Shown: in pieces, positions 31,729 to 41,946 of the stretch | Numbering within the stretch: the first letter of the stretch is position 1 | How the letters are laid out: the number at the start of each line of letters is the position of its first letter | Origin: an uncultured Actinomycetota bacterium | GTDB taxonomy: Bacteria > Actinomycetota > Actinomycetes > JACCUZ01 | DNA: 64,000 nucleotides | Direction: 5' to 3' | Assembly: GCA_963789855.1 (NCBI GenBank) | Contig: CAWBMM010000008.1 | Span: forward strand, 78,005 to 142,004 | Translations under genes and position numbers: made by a program | The notes under the pieces: generated by a model | Told to the model about the DNA's origin: nothing | The model's input: the letters and a program-made list of their open reading frames with translations, nothing else | The model's database searches: none

Positions 31729-31817
31729 CACCTAAGCGAAGGCTTAGCCGACCCGGGCTTGACCTAAGCGTTCCCTTAACTTGGCGTTGACACCGCGGGC
31801 CGAACCGGGCGGATACT
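31729..31817 (+). promoter_or_regulatory. Putative cox promoter/operator region: CCTAAGCG repeats, CTAAGC-N4-GCTTAG palindrome, TTGACA-N19-GATACT
   Basis: CCTAAGCG occurs at 31731-31738 and 31763-31770 (32-bp spacing). The inverted repeat CTAAGCgaagGCTTAG lies at 31732-31747. TTGACA is at 31787-31792 and GATACT at 31812-31817. The region is unusually AT-rich for this DNA. Confidence 0.3.
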
Positions 31818-31860
31818 GCGCCGAGCATCGGCGGGGGGCTGAGCAGCGAGGAGCGGACGT

Positions 31861-32739
31861 ATGCAGGTCCCGGCCCCCTTCGAGTACGAGCGCGCCACCA
31901 GCGTGGACCACGCCATCGGGCTGATGGAGCGGCTCGGCAGCAGCTCCCGGCTGGTGGCCGGCGGCCACAGCCTGCTGCCGATGATGAAGCTGCGGCTGGC
32001 CAACCTCGAGTACCTCATCGACATCAACGACCTGCACGGCGAGCTCGGCTACATCGCGGTCGAGCCGGCCCAGATCCGGATCGGGGCGATGGCCCGGCAT
32101 CGCGAGCTGTTGGACTCCGACGAGCTCGCCAGCGCCTTCCCGATCTTCCGGGACGCCGAGCGGGTCATCGCCGACCCGGTCGTGCGCAACCGCGGCACCC
32201 TGGGCGGCTCGCTCTGCCAGGCCGACCCGTCCGAGGACCTGTCCGCCGTCTGCACCACGCTCGCGGCCAGCTGCGTCATCCGCGGCGCGTCCGGGGAGCG
32301 GGTGGTGAGCATGGAGGACTTCTACCGCGGGCCGTACGAGACGGCCGTCGAGGACGGCGAGATGCTGCTGGAGGTGCGCATCCCGCTGCGACCCGGCGGG
32401 TCCAGCGCCTACGAGAAGGTGGAACGCCGGGCCGGCGACTGGGCCGTGGTGTCCGCGGGCGCGGCCGTCTGGATGGACGGTGACGCCATCGCCGACGCCC
32501 GGGTGGGGCTTGCGGCGGTGGGACCGAACACCACCGGCATCCCCGCGATCTCCGAGGCGCTGCGCGGCAAGGCGCCGTCCGAGGAGCTGTTCGCGACCGC
32601 CGGGGCCATCGCCGCGGAGAGCTGCTCACCCGTCACGGACACCCGCGGCACCGAGGAGTACAAGCGGCACCTGGCCGCCGAGCTGACCCGACGGTCGCTG
32701 CGCCGGGCCGTCGCCCGCATCACCAACGAGGAGCGCTGA
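31861..32739 (+). CDS. coxM: Aerobic CO dehydrogenase medium (FAD-binding) subunit
   Basis: The ORF reads MQVPAPFEYERATSVDHAI...LVAGGHSLLPMMKLR. It is the first gene of the M-S-L order. Confidence 0.9.
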   Translation: MQVPAPFEYERATSVDHAIGLMERLGSSSRLVAGGHSLLPMMKLRLANLEYLIDINDLHGELGYIAVEPAQIRIGAMARHRELLDSDELASAFPIFRDAERVIADPVVRNRGTLGGSLCQADPSEDLSAVCTTLAASCVIRGASGERVVSMEDFYRGPYETAVEDGEMLLEVRIPLRPGGSSAYEKVERRAGDWAVVSAGAAVWMDGDAIADARVGLAAVGPNTTGIPAISEALRGKAPSEELFATAGAIAAESCSPVTDTRGTEEYKRHLAAELTRRSLRRAVARITNEER

Positions 32740-32741
32740 GC

Positions 32742-33326
32742 ATGCAGGTGTCGATGAACGTCAACGGCGACGAGGTCAGCGGCGAGATCGAGGGCAGGCT
32801 GCTGCTCGTCCACTACCTGCGCGACCACCTCGGCCTGACCGGCACCCACTGGGGCTGCGACACGAGCAACTGCGGGACCTGCGTGGTGTGGATGGACGGC
32901 GAGCCGGTGAAGTCGTGCACGGTGCTGGCCGCGATGGCCGGCGGGCACGAGATCCGCACGGTCGAGGGCCTGGAGCAGGACAACGTGCTCGACCCCGTGC
33001 AGCAGGGCTTCATGGCGTGCCACGGCCTGCAGTGCGGGTTCTGCACCCCCGGCATGATGATGACCGCCCGGGCCCTGCTCGACCGCAACCCGGAGCCCAC
33101 CGACGGCGAGATCCGCGAGGCCATCTCCGGCCAGATCTGCCGCTGCACCGGCTACGCCACCATCGTCCGCTCGATCCACTGGGCGGCCGACCACGAGGCC
33201 GCCGCGCGGGCGCAGGCCGCCGGCACGGCCGCCGGGCCGGACGCCGCGGCCGAGGTCGGCGAGGTCGCCGACCCGTCGGGCGGCAGCGAGACCCCTGAGT
33301 CCGTCGGAGCAGGGAGCGCGTCATGA
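32742..33326 (+). CDS. coxS: CO dehydrogenase small ([2Fe-2S]) subunit
   Basis: Cluster motifs are CDTSNCGTCVVWMDG and CGFCTPGMMM...CRCTGY. The tail is Ala/Gly-rich. Confidence 0.92.
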   Translation: MQVSMNVNGDEVSGEIEGRLLLVHYLRDHLGLTGTHWGCDTSNCGTCVVWMDGEPVKSCTVLAAMAGGHEIRTVEGLEQDNVLDPVQQGFMACHGLQCGFCTPGMMMTARALLDRNPEPTDGEIREAISGQICRCTGYATIVRSIHWAADHEAAARAQAAGTAAGPDAAAEVGEVADPSGGSETPESVGAGSAS

Positions 33327-35716
33327 CCGCCGTCGAGGACCGCCCGGGACGGGTGTACGACGACAACGACCAGACCCCCGTCGGCCACGGCCGGATGCTG
33401 CGCAAGGAGGACCCGCGCTTCCTGCGCGGCAAGGGCCGCTACGTCGACGACGTCCAGCTGCCCGGCATGCTGCACCTCGCGATCCTGCGCTCCCCGGTGG
33501 CCCACGCGCGGATCGTCCGCATCGACGCCAGCGCCGCCGAGGCGCACCCCAAGGTCAAGGCGGTCGTCACCGGCGAGGCGCTCGCGGCGCAGGGGCTGGC
33601 CTGGATGCCCACGCTGTCCAACGACGTGCAAGCCGTCCTGGCCACCGACAAGGTCCGCTTCCAGGGGCAGGAGGTCGCCTTCGTCGTCGCCACCGACCGG
33701 TACGCCGCGCGGGACGCCCTCGAGCTGATCGACGTCGACTACGAGATCCTCGAGCCCGTCATCGACTCCCGCCGCGCGCTCGAGCCGGCCGCACCGGTCA
33801 TCCGGGACGACCTCGACGGCAAGACCGACAACCACTGCTTCGACTGGCAGACCGGTGACGAGGCCGCGACCGAGGCGGCGTTCGCCAAGGCCGACGTCGT
33901 GGTGACCCAGGACATCGTCTACCCACGCGTGCATCCCGCTCCGATGGAGACCTGCGGCGCGGTCGCCGACTACGACCGCATCGACGGCAAGCTCACCCTC
34001 TGGTCGACGACCCAGGCGCCGCACGCCCACCGGACGCTCTACGCGATCGTCGCGGGCCTGCCCGAGCACAAGATCCGGGTCATCGCCCCGGACATCGGCG
34101 GCGGGTTCGGCAACAAGGTGCCGATCTACCCCGGCTACGTCTGCGCCATCGTCGCCTCGATCGTGACCGGCAAGCCGGTGAAGTGGGTGGAGGACCGCTC
34201 CGAGAACCTCACCAGCACCGGCTTCGCCCGCGACTACATCATGCGCGGCGAGATCGCGGCGACCAAGGAGGGCAAGATCCTCGCGATCCGCACCAACGTG
34301 CTCGCCGACCACGGTGCGTTCAACGGCACCGCCGCACCAGTGAAGTACCCCGCCGGATTCTTCGGCGTCTTCACCGGCAGCTACGACATCGAGGCGGCCT
34401 TCGCCAAGATGACGGCGGTCTACACCAACAAGGCGCCGGGTGGTGTCGCCTATGCCTGCTCGTTCCGCATCACCGAGGCCGTCTACCTGGTCGAGCGGAT
34501 CGTCGACTGCCTCGCCGACGAGCTGAAGATGGACCCTGCCGAGCTGCGGCTGAAGAACCTGCTGCGGCCCGAGCAGTTCCCGTACACGTCCAAGACCGGC
34601 TGGGTCTACGACTCCGGCAACTACGAGCCCACGCTGCGCAAGGCGATGGAGATCGCGGGCTACGACGAGCTGCGTCGTGAGCAGGCCGACAAGCGCGAGC
34701 GCGGCGAGCTGATGGGCATCGGTGTCGCGTTCTTCACCGAGGCGGTCGGCGCCGGCCCGCGCAAGGACATGGACATCCTCGGTCTCGGCATGGCCGACGG
34801 CTGCGAGCTGCGGGTGCACCCGACCGGCAAGGCCGTCGTGCGCGTCTCCTGCATGAGCCAAGGTCAGGGCCACGAGACGACGTTCGCCCAGATCGTCGCC
34901 GAGGAGATCGGCATCCCGCCGGCCGACATCCAGGTCGTCAACGGCGACACCGACCAGACGCCGTTCGGCCTCGGCACCTACGGCAGCCGGTCGACGCCGG
35001 TCTCCGGTGCCGCGGCGGCGCTGGTCGCCCGCAAGGTGCGCGACAAGGCACGCATCATCGCCTCCGGCATGCTCGAGGTGTCGGTGGCCGACCTGGAGTG
35101 GCAGAAGGGCGCCTTCCAGGTCAAGGGCGACCCGACGAAGTCGGTCACCATCCAGGACATCGCGATGCGCGCGCACGGCGCCGGTGACCTGCCGGAGGGC
35201 CTCGAGGGCGGTCTGGAGGCTCAGATCTGCTACAACCCGTCGAACCTCACCTACCCCAACGGCGCCTACATCTGTGTCGTCGACGTCGACCCCGGGACGG
35301 CGGTGGTCAAGGTGCGCCGCTTCATCGCGGTCGACGACTGCGGCACCCGCATCAACCCGATGATCATCGAGGGTCAGGTGCACGGCGGCCTCACCGACGG
35401 CGTCGGCATGGCGCTGATGGAGATGATCGCCTTCGACGAGGACGGCAACTGCCTCGGCGGCTCGCTGATGGACTACCTGATCCCGACGGCGCTCGAGGTG
35501 CCCGACTGGGAGACCGGCTTCACGGTCACGCCGTCGCCGCACCACCCGATCGGCGCCAAGGGGGTCGGGGAGTCGGCGACCGTCGGCTCGCCGCCGGCGA
35601 TCGTCAACGCGGTTGTCGATGCGCTCAAGCCGTTCGGCCTGCGGCACGCTGACATGCCACTCACGCCGTCGCGGGTGTGGGATGCCATGCAGGGACGCCC
35701 CACGCCCTCGGTCTGA
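33323..35716 (+). CDS. coxL: Form I CO dehydrogenase large (Mo-Cu) subunit
   Basis: This is an intact 797-aa ORF. The active-site loop GGVAYACSFR matches the form-I AYXCSFR signature, and the gene order is coxM-S-L. Confidence 0.92.
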   Translation: MTAVEDRPGRVYDDNDQTPVGHGRMLRKEDPRFLRGKGRYVDDVQLPGMLHLAILRSPVAHARIVRIDASAAEAHPKVKAVVTGEALAAQGLAWMPTLSNDVQAVLATDKVRFQGQEVAFVVATDRYAARDALELIDVDYEILEPVIDSRRALEPAAPVIRDDLDGKTDNHCFDWQTGDEAATEAAFAKADVVVTQDIVYPRVHPAPMETCGAVADYDRIDGKLTLWSTTQAPHAHRTLYAIVAGLPEHKIRVIAPDIGGGFGNKVPIYPGYVCAIVASIVTGKPVKWVEDRSENLTSTGFARDYIMRGEIAATKEGKILAIRTNVLADHGAFNGTAAPVKYPAGFFGVFTGSYDIEAAFAKMTAVYTNKAPGGVAYACSFRITEAVYLVERIVDCLADELKMDPAELRLKNLLRPEQFPYTSKTGWVYDSGNYEPTLRKAMEIAGYDELRREQADKRERGELMGIGVAFFTEAVGAGPRKDMDILGLGMADGCELRVHPTGKAVVRVSCMSQGQGHETTFAQIVAEEIGIPPADIQVVNGDTDQTPFGLGTYGSRSTPVSGAAAALVARKVRDKARIIASGMLEVSVADLEWQKGAFQVKGDPTKSVTIQDIAMRAHGAGDLPEGLEGGLEAQICYNPSNLTYPNGAYICVVDVDPGTAVVKVRRFIAVDDCGTRINPMIIEGQVHGGLTDGVGMALMEMIAFDEDGNCLGGSLMDYLIPTALEVPDWETGFTVTPSPHHPIGAKGVGESATVGSPPAIVNAVVDALKPFGLRHADMPLTPSRVWDAMQGRPTPSV

Positions 35717-35742
35717 GCGATGCTGTCCCACCAGGAGGTCGG

Positions 35743-36655
35743 ATGACGCACCGGATGGCTGCGCGGGTCGCCGAGCTGACGTCGGCCCGCGTGCCGTTCG
35801 TGCATGCCACCGTCGTCCGCTCGCAGGAGCCGTCGTCGGCACGTCCTGGCGACGACGCGGTCATCCTCGGCGGACGGTCGCATCGAGGGCTTCGTCGGCG
35901 GCCAGTGCGCCGAGGAGTCGGTGCGCACCGCGGCCCTCGACACCCTCGCCGACGGCCGGGCCCTGCTGCTGCGGGTGCTGCCCGACGGCGCGGCGACCTT
36001 CCCGGAGTCGCCGAGCGCCCGTGTCGTGGTCAACCCGTGCCTGTCCGGGGGCGCCCTCGAGATCTTCCTGGAGCCCTCGTTGCCGTCACCCGTCGTGGCC
36101 GTCGTCGGCAGCACGCCCATCACCGACGCACTGCTGTCGATGGCCGGCGGCCTGGGCTTCGTCGCCGAGCGGGACGGGCCGGGTCAGGTGCCGGCCGGTG
36201 CCACCGCCGTCGTCGTCGCCACCCACGGCCACGGCGAGCCGGAGTCGATCCGCGCCGCCCTGGACGCCGGCGTGCCGTTCGTGGGCCTGGTCGCGAGCCC
36301 GCGCCGGGGCGCTGCGGTCCTCGACTCGATGGGGCTGACCGACGCGGAGCGGGCGAGGGTCCGTACGCCGGTCGGCCTGGACATCGGTGCCCGGACCGCC
36401 GAGGAGATCGCCCTGTCGATCCTCGCCGAGCTGGTGCGTGCGGTGCGGCTGGAGGGCGTCACCGCGGCGCCGGCCGGGCCGCCCGTCGACGCCCCGGTGC
36501 AGGTCGTCGACCCCGTCTGCGGGATGACCGTCGTGGTCGGCCCCGACACGCCGCACCTGCGGGACGCCGACGGCGACCACTGGTTCTGCGCCACCGGCTG
36601 CCGCGACAGCTACGCCGCCGCCCACCCCGGGGCCGTGTCCGAGCCGGTGGGGTAG
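35743..36655 (+). pseudogene. XdhC/CoxI-family maturation factor fused to a C-terminal TRASH/YHS metal-binding domain; one +1 shift near 35868
   Basis: ATG 35743 follows CAGGAGG. MTHRMAARVAELTSARVPFVHATVVRSQEPSSARPGDDAVIL continues as DGRIEGFVGGQCAEESV in the +1 frame. A Rossmann-like region reads VVAVVGSTPI. The tail is VCGMTVVVGPDTPHLRDADGDHWFCATGC, i.e. C-X22-C-X3-C. Confidence 0.8.
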
Positions 36656-36658
36656 AGG

Positions 36659-37549
36659 TTGGCCGAGCCGATGCGCGACGCCGACGACGTACGCCGGCGG
36701 CTGGACGCGATCGACTACCTCGTCGACGACGGCATGGCCACCGCGCTGTTCCTGGCGCTCACCCTGGAGCAGCCGCTGCTGCTGGAGGGTGAGCCGGGCG
36801 TCGGCAAGACGGCGGCGGCGAAGTCGTTGGCCGTCGCCCTGGGCGCCCCGTTGATCCGGCTGCAGTGCTACGAGGGCCTGTCGGCCGGCGAGGCGCTCTA
36901 CGAGTGGAACTACCAGCGCCAGCTGCTCGCGATCCGGCTCGCCGAGTCGCGGCACGAGACGCTCGCCGACGCCGACCTGTTCACCGAGGAGTTCCTGCAG
37001 GAGCGGCCGATCCTCAAGGCGGTCCGCGCGGCCGGACCGGTGGCGCCGGTGCTGCTCATCGACGAGATCGACCGCGCCGACGACGAGTTCGAGGCGCTGC
37101 TGTTCGAGTTCCTGGGGGAGACCTCGATCACCGTCCCCGAGATCGGGACGTTCGTCGCGGCCCGGCGGCCGGTGGTGGTGCTGACCTCCAACCGCAGCCG
37201 CGAGCTGCACGACGCGCTGCGCCGGCGCTGCCTCTACCACTGGATCGACTTCCCCGCGCCGGAGCGCGCGGCCGAGATCCTGCGCCGCTCGGTCCCCGCG
37301 GCGAACGACGCGCTGATCTCCTCCGTCACCCAGTTCGTCGGCCGGGTCCGCGAGCTCGACCTGGACAAGGCACCCGGGATGGCCGAGACGATCGACTGGG
37401 TGTCCGCGCTGAGCGCCCTCGGCGCCGCGGACCTCGCTCGCCCCGTCGTGCTGCGGACCCTCGGCGCGATCGCGAAGACCCCGGACGACCGCACGGTCAT
37501 CATCGACTCGCTGGACGGGCCGGCCCTCGCGGGGGACGCCGGCGGGTGA
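36659..37549 (+). CDS. coxD: MoxR-type AAA+ ATPase CoxD
   Basis: The Walker A is LLEGEPGVGKTAAAK and the Walker B is VLLIDEIDRA. The start is either TTG 36659 or ATG 36671. Confidence 0.85.
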   Translation: MAEPMRDADDVRRRLDAIDYLVDDGMATALFLALTLEQPLLLEGEPGVGKTAAAKSLAVALGAPLIRLQCYEGLSAGEALYEWNYQRQLLAIRLAESRHETLADADLFTEEFLQERPILKAVRAAGPVAPVLLIDEIDRADDEFEALLFEFLGETSITVPEIGTFVAARRPVVVLTSNRSRELHDALRRRCLYHWIDFPAPERAAEILRRSVPAANDALISSVTQFVGRVRELDLDKAPGMAETIDWVSALSALGAADLARPVVLRTLGAIAKTPDDRTVIIDSLDGPALAGDAGG

Positions 37550-37551
37550 CC

Positions 37552-38737
37552 ATGCTCCGGGGTGTCGACCGGGCTGCCTTCGCGGTCGCCCTCGCGGTGC
37601 GGCTGCGGGAGCACGGCGTACCCGTCGGGCTGACCGGCGTCGAGGACTTCACCCGGGCGCTGGTGGCCACCCCGCCGGACTCGCTGGCCCGGCTGTACTG
37701 GACCGCGCGGGTCGCGCTGGTCCGGCGCCGGTCCGAGCTGCCGGCGTTCGACGAGGTCTTCGACGCGGTGTTCGTGCAGTCCGGGTTCACGATGGACCCG
37801 CACGCCAGGCGGGTGCCGGGCGCCGTCCCGGGTGCTGCGGGAGCGCTGGTGCGGGTGCCCGCGCCGGACGCCGCGGCCGCGGCCGCTGACGGGCTGCCGT
37901 GGGCCACCCTGCCGCCCGTCGTGTCGGCGGCGGACGAGACCGACGCCGGCACCGAGCTGCCGCAGCGCTGGGCCAGCGCGCTCGAGGCGGTCGCGGACGT
38001 GCCCTTCGAGCAGCTCGACGAGGCGCAGCTGGAGCTGCTCGGTCGCTGGCTGGTCGGCCGAGCTGCGCAGCTGGCCCACCCGCCGGTCGCGGCGGCTGGC
38101 GCCGGGCCCGAACGGGCGGCAGGTCGCCCTGCGCCCGACGATGGCCCGGGCTCGCCGCACCGGGTGGGAACCGGTCGAGCTGGTGCGGGTCTCGCCGGTG
38201 CCGAGGCGGCGCAAGGTCGTCATGCTCTGCGACGTCAGCCAGTCGATGGCGCCGCAGGTGCCGGCGTACTTCCACCTGATGCGCGCGCTCGCGCTGGTCG
38301 CCGGGGGAGAGGGTTTCGCGTTCGCGACCAGCGTGACCCGACTGACGCCGGTGCTGCGGCACCGGTCCGCGGCCTACGCCGTGGCGCAGGCGACCGACCG
38401 CGTCACCGACCGGTTCGGCGGCACCCGCATCGCCGCGAGCGTGACCGCCCTGCTGGCCTCGCACCACGCCAGCGCGGTGCGCGGCGGCATCGTCGTGATC
38501 GGGTCGGACGGCTGGGACAGCGAGCCGCCGGAGCAGCTCGCGGCCGCGATGGCCCGGCTGCGCCGTCGCGCGCACCGGGTGCTCTGGCTGAACCCCCGGG
38601 CCGGCGCGCCGGGCTTCCAGCCGCTGGTCGGGACCATGGCGGCCGCGCTGCCGTACTGCGACCGGCTGCTGCCGGCCGACGACGTGCGCTCGCTCGCCGC
38701 CGTGGTCGCCGAGCTCGGGCGCGACGTCGGCCGCTGA
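37552..38737 (+). pseudogene. coxE: VWA-domain CoxE-like maturation protein; one +1 shift near 38055
   Basis: MLRGVDRAAFAVALAVRLREHGVPV...EQLDEAQLELLGRWLVG continues in the +1 frame as AELRSWPTRRSRRL...RRKVVMLCDVSQSMAP (MIDAS-like DxSxS)...VVIGSDGWDS. Confidence 0.8.
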
Positions 38738-38757
38738 GCACCGCGCGGTCGGGCGGC

Positions 38758-39717
38758 TCAGCTCCAGAGCGTGACGTGCACCGACGGCCGGAAGTGGCCG
38801 ACGTTCACCCCGGAGCCGCGCAGCATCGCCTGGGTGGCCCGCGGCGTACCGACGAACCGGGTCAGCTCGTCGACCGCGGAACCGGCCACCGGCTCCGGCA
38901 GGGTGAGCGCGCTCCAGACGCCGTCGGCCTGCAGGCCCGGGCCGGACAGCCGGACGAGGCGGCCCTCGGCCAGGTCGCGGGCCACGACGAAGGAGAGCCC
39001 GAGCGAGACGCCGTTGCTGCGCTGGGCCTCCTCCAGCGCGGCGGACGCGCTCTGGAAGATCCGCTGGTGGTTCTCCGGCACCTTGAGCCGCCGCAGCATC
39101 GACGGCACGGCTCCGTCCGCGGCGGCGGCGGACGGGCCGAGCAGCCAGGTCTGCTCGCGCAGCTGGTCGACCGAGGCGGGGCTCCGCCCGGCCAGCGGGT
39201 GACCGGCTCCCACCACGACGACCAGCTGGTACTTGAGGAACGGCGTGCAGGCCAGGCTCAGCTCGACGTCCGCCGGCACCGGACCGATCGCCATGTCGAC
39301 CGCGCGGGTCAGCAGGAGGGTGCCGAACTGGGCCGGCGCAGCGACGTTGAGCTCGACGTCGAGGTCGTCCGCCCGGCCGGTGAACAGCCCGATGAGCCCC
39401 GGCGCCGCGTGCTCGGCGAACAGGCTCGACGCGGCGAGGCGCAGCAGGCGCCGCCCGCCGCCGGCCTGGGCCACCTCCCGGATCGTCCGGTCCTGCAGGC
39501 CGAGCATCTCGGTGGCGCGGCTCGCCAGCCGCAGCCCGCCGGGCGTGAAGGCCAGCCCGGACGACGTCCGGACGAACAGCGGGTCACCCAGCTCCTTGCG
39601 CAGCTGCGCCATGTGCAGCGAGATCGCGGCGTCGGACACCCCGAGGTCGACGCTGGCCTCCTTGACCGAGCCGCGGCGCGCCACGGCGGCGAAGGCGCGC
39701 AGCTGCGTCGGGGTCAC
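38758..39717 (-). CDS. LysR-family transcriptional regulator
   Basis: The N-terminal wHTH reads MTPTQLRAFAAVARRGSVKEASVDLGVSDAAISLHMAQLRKELGDPLFVR. The ORF is an intact 319 aa. Confidence 0.9.
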   Translation of the reverse strand: MTPTQLRAFAAVARRGSVKEASVDLGVSDAAISLHMAQLRKELGDPLFVRTSSGLAFTPGGLRLASRATEMLGLQDRTIREVAQAGGGRRLLRLAASSLFAEHAAPGLIGLFTGRADDLDVELNVAAPAQFGTLLLTRAVDMAIGPVPADVELSLACTPFLKYQLVVVVGAGHPLAGRSPASVDQLREQTWLLGPSAAAADGAVPSMLRRLKVPENHQRIFQSASAALEEAQRSNGVSLGLSFVVARDLAEGRLVRLSGPGLQADGVWSALTLPEPVAGSAVDELTRFVGTPRATQAMLRGSGVNVGHFRPSVHVTLWS

Positions 39718-39756
39718 GGCCGCACGCTAGCGCGGGAACCGCCGACGCGTTGCTTC

Positions 39757-40440
39757 TCAGCCGACCGTCGCGGCGTCGAAGGAGACGTCGGTGCCGGTGA
39801 GCGAGACCCGGAAGCCGCCGGGCCGGGCGGACACCCGGCGCACGTCGACGCCGGCGGGCAGGTCGCGCAGCCGGTAGGTCACCGTGAACCGGTCGCGGAG
39901 CAGCCCGCTCAGCGAGCCGCTCAGCGCGCCGCCGTCGCCGAGGGAGAAGGACTGCGGCTCGATGCGCAACCGGTCGCCGGTCGCCCGGACCGTGGCGACC
40001 GCGCTGACCGGGATGCTCTGGCCGAGCACCACGACGTCGCCACGCAGCCGCACGTCGCCGCCGCCGGCCGGGGACATCGCCACGCCGTCCAGCCCGGTGC
40101 GCCGGAGCACCTCGTCGTACCCGATCAGGGCGGTGGCTCGCACGGTGCCTGCGGTGGCCTCGCCGGTCGACGGGACCTCGACGTCGGTGGCCCGGACCCG
40201 GACCCGGTCGGCCCGGGTGCCCGCGACCTCGACGCTCGACCCGGTCATCGTGACCTCGCCGAAGCGCCGGGTGACCAGCTGGGTCAGGAAGGGGAAGCCA
40301 CCGACCTGGACCTGCGGGTCGGAGACGCCCCTCGCGGTGAGCCGGTCCTCGGCCTTCCCGGCGGCGACATGGGCGGCCACCCGGTCGGCGCCGACGGCGG
40401 CGACGCAGAGAACGATGACGGCCACGAGCACGGAACGCAC
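39757..40440 (-). CDS. DUF2993 (LmeA-like) membrane-anchored protein
   Basis: From GTG 40440 there is an N-terminal TM VLVAVIVLCVAAVGADRV. It is followed by VQVGGFPFLTQLVTRRFGEVTMTG, typical of DUF2993. Confidence 0.6.
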   Translation of the reverse strand: MRSVLVAVIVLCVAAVGADRVAAHVAAGKAEDRLTARGVSDPQVQVGGFPFLTQLVTRRFGEVTMTGSSVEVAGTRADRVRVRATDVEVPSTGEATAGTVRATALIGYDEVLRRTGLDGVAMSPAGGGDVRLRGDVVVLGQSIPVSAVATVRATGDRLRIEPQSFSLGDGGALSGSLSGLLRDRFTVTYRLRDLPAGVDVRRVSARPGGFRVSLTGTDVSFDAATVG

Positions 40441-40591
40441 CCGGCACGGTAACCCGGGCCCGCGCCGGCTCGGAAACCGGCGGCACCGGAGAGCCGTGCG
40501 ACCGACCGCGCTCGCCCGACTCGGGTGATGCCCCGCCCGGGCTGCCTTGGGATCGTTCGGAGCAGAAGGCCCGCCAGCGTCGAGGAGCACC

Positions 40592-41929
40592 GTGAGCACT
40601 CCCGAGTCTCCGCCTGTCAGCGAGAACGACACCCAGCAGGTCCCCGGGCTGCCCGCCGATCCGGGGGAGCCCGCCGGCAGCGCACGGCCGGCACGGCCGG
40701 TGGCGGCCGTGGGTGGCCGGCCTGCTCATCTTCGTCGCGGCCCTCCTGGCGCCGCTGTCGGTGATCGCGATCTGGGCGCACGACGAGGTCTCGAACACCG
40801 ACCGGTACGTCGCCACGGTGGCGCCGCTGGCCAGCGACCCGGTCGTGCAGGAAGCGATCGTGCAGCGCGCCAGCAACGAGATCTTCACCCGGCTGCAGAT
40901 CCCGTCGCTCACCAAGCAGGCGGCCGACGCGCTGGCCGCCCAGGGGGTGCCGACCCGGATCACCGACAGCCTGGCGGCGCTGTCCACCCCGCTGGCCGAC
41001 AGCATCAAGAGCTTCGTCACCGACAAGATCCGGCAGTTCGTCCAGTCGCCGGAGTTCGCGGCGGCCTGGGAGGAGGCCAACCGGGAGGCGCACGCCGGGC
41101 TGGTGGCCGTGCTCAGCGGTAAGGGCAGCGACTCGGTCTCGGTGCAGGACAACAAGGTCTCCATCAAGCTCGCCACCGTGATCAAGGCGGCCCAGGACCG
41201 GCTGGTCGCCCGCGGGTTCGGCCTCGCCGCGAAGATCCCGCCGGTCAACGCCGAGTTCACCATCATCGAGTCCGACCAGCTCGGGGAAGTCCCAGCAGGC
41301 CTACCGGCTGCTGGAGAAGCTGTCCCGCTGGCTCCCGGTGATCGCCCTGCTGCTGCTCGGCATCGCGGTCTGGATCTCGCGCAGCCGGCGCAAGGCGCTG
41401 CTCGCCTCCGGCCTGGCGATCGCGGGATCCATGCTGCTGCTCGGACTGATCCTCAACGTGGCGCGTCCGCTCTACCTGGACGCCCTGCCCTCCACCGTGC
41501 AGTCGCACGCAGCGGCCGGTGCGGTGTACGACGCCCTGGTGAACTTCATCCGGCTCAACCTGCGGGCGATCCTCGTGGTGGCCCTCGCGGTCGCCACCGG
41601 TGCCTGGCTGGCGGGGCCGACCGGTGCCCCGGCGACCGTCCGCCGCGGCCTCGCCGAGCGGCGCCGCGTGGACCCGCGGCACCGTCGGCCGTACCGGGAT
41701 GACCACCGGCCCGGTGGGTGCGTTCCTCTACACCTACCGGACGCCGATCCGCGCTCTGATCGTCGGAGTGGGCGTGCTGGTGTACGTGCTCGAGGCGCAC
41801 CCCACCGGAGCGTTCTCGATCAAGGTCGTCGTCGTCGTCGCGGTGCTGCTCCTGGTGCACGAGCTGTTCGCCCGACCGCCGGCAGCAGCAGCGGCCGACG
41901 GCGCCGAGCCGCCGCCCGCAGCCGCCTGA
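40592..41929 (+). pseudogene. Large membrane protein of unknown function; three +1 shifts (near 40695, 41288, 41655)
   Basis: The coding sense continues across ORFs 40547 to 40713 to 41338 to 41600, each in the next frame. It has an N-terminal TM, a long helical exposed region, then 4-5 C-terminal TM segments. Confidence 0.55.
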
Positions 41930-41946
41930 GACGTCGCGGCGAGACG

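Noticed and set aside
33152-35842. An 896-aa minus-strand ORF.
   Set aside because: It is antisense to coxL, whose product has unmistakable CODH large-subunit motifs. The antisense translation has no recognisable domains.
36865-40452. A 1195-aa forward ORF, the longest in the track.
   Set aside because: Its translation is low-complexity Arg/Ala/Gly/Pro-rich. It runs out of frame through coxD and coxE and antisense through the well-supported LysR and DUF2993 genes. It is a stop-free run typical of very high-G+C DNA.
40681-40698. A tandem 9-bp duplication, gcacggccg twice. A similar short duplication occurs at about 3895-3915 (gctcggc twice).
   Set aside because: These are too short and isolated. 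They are expected by chance in low-complexity high-G+C coding sequence and do not form a repeat array.
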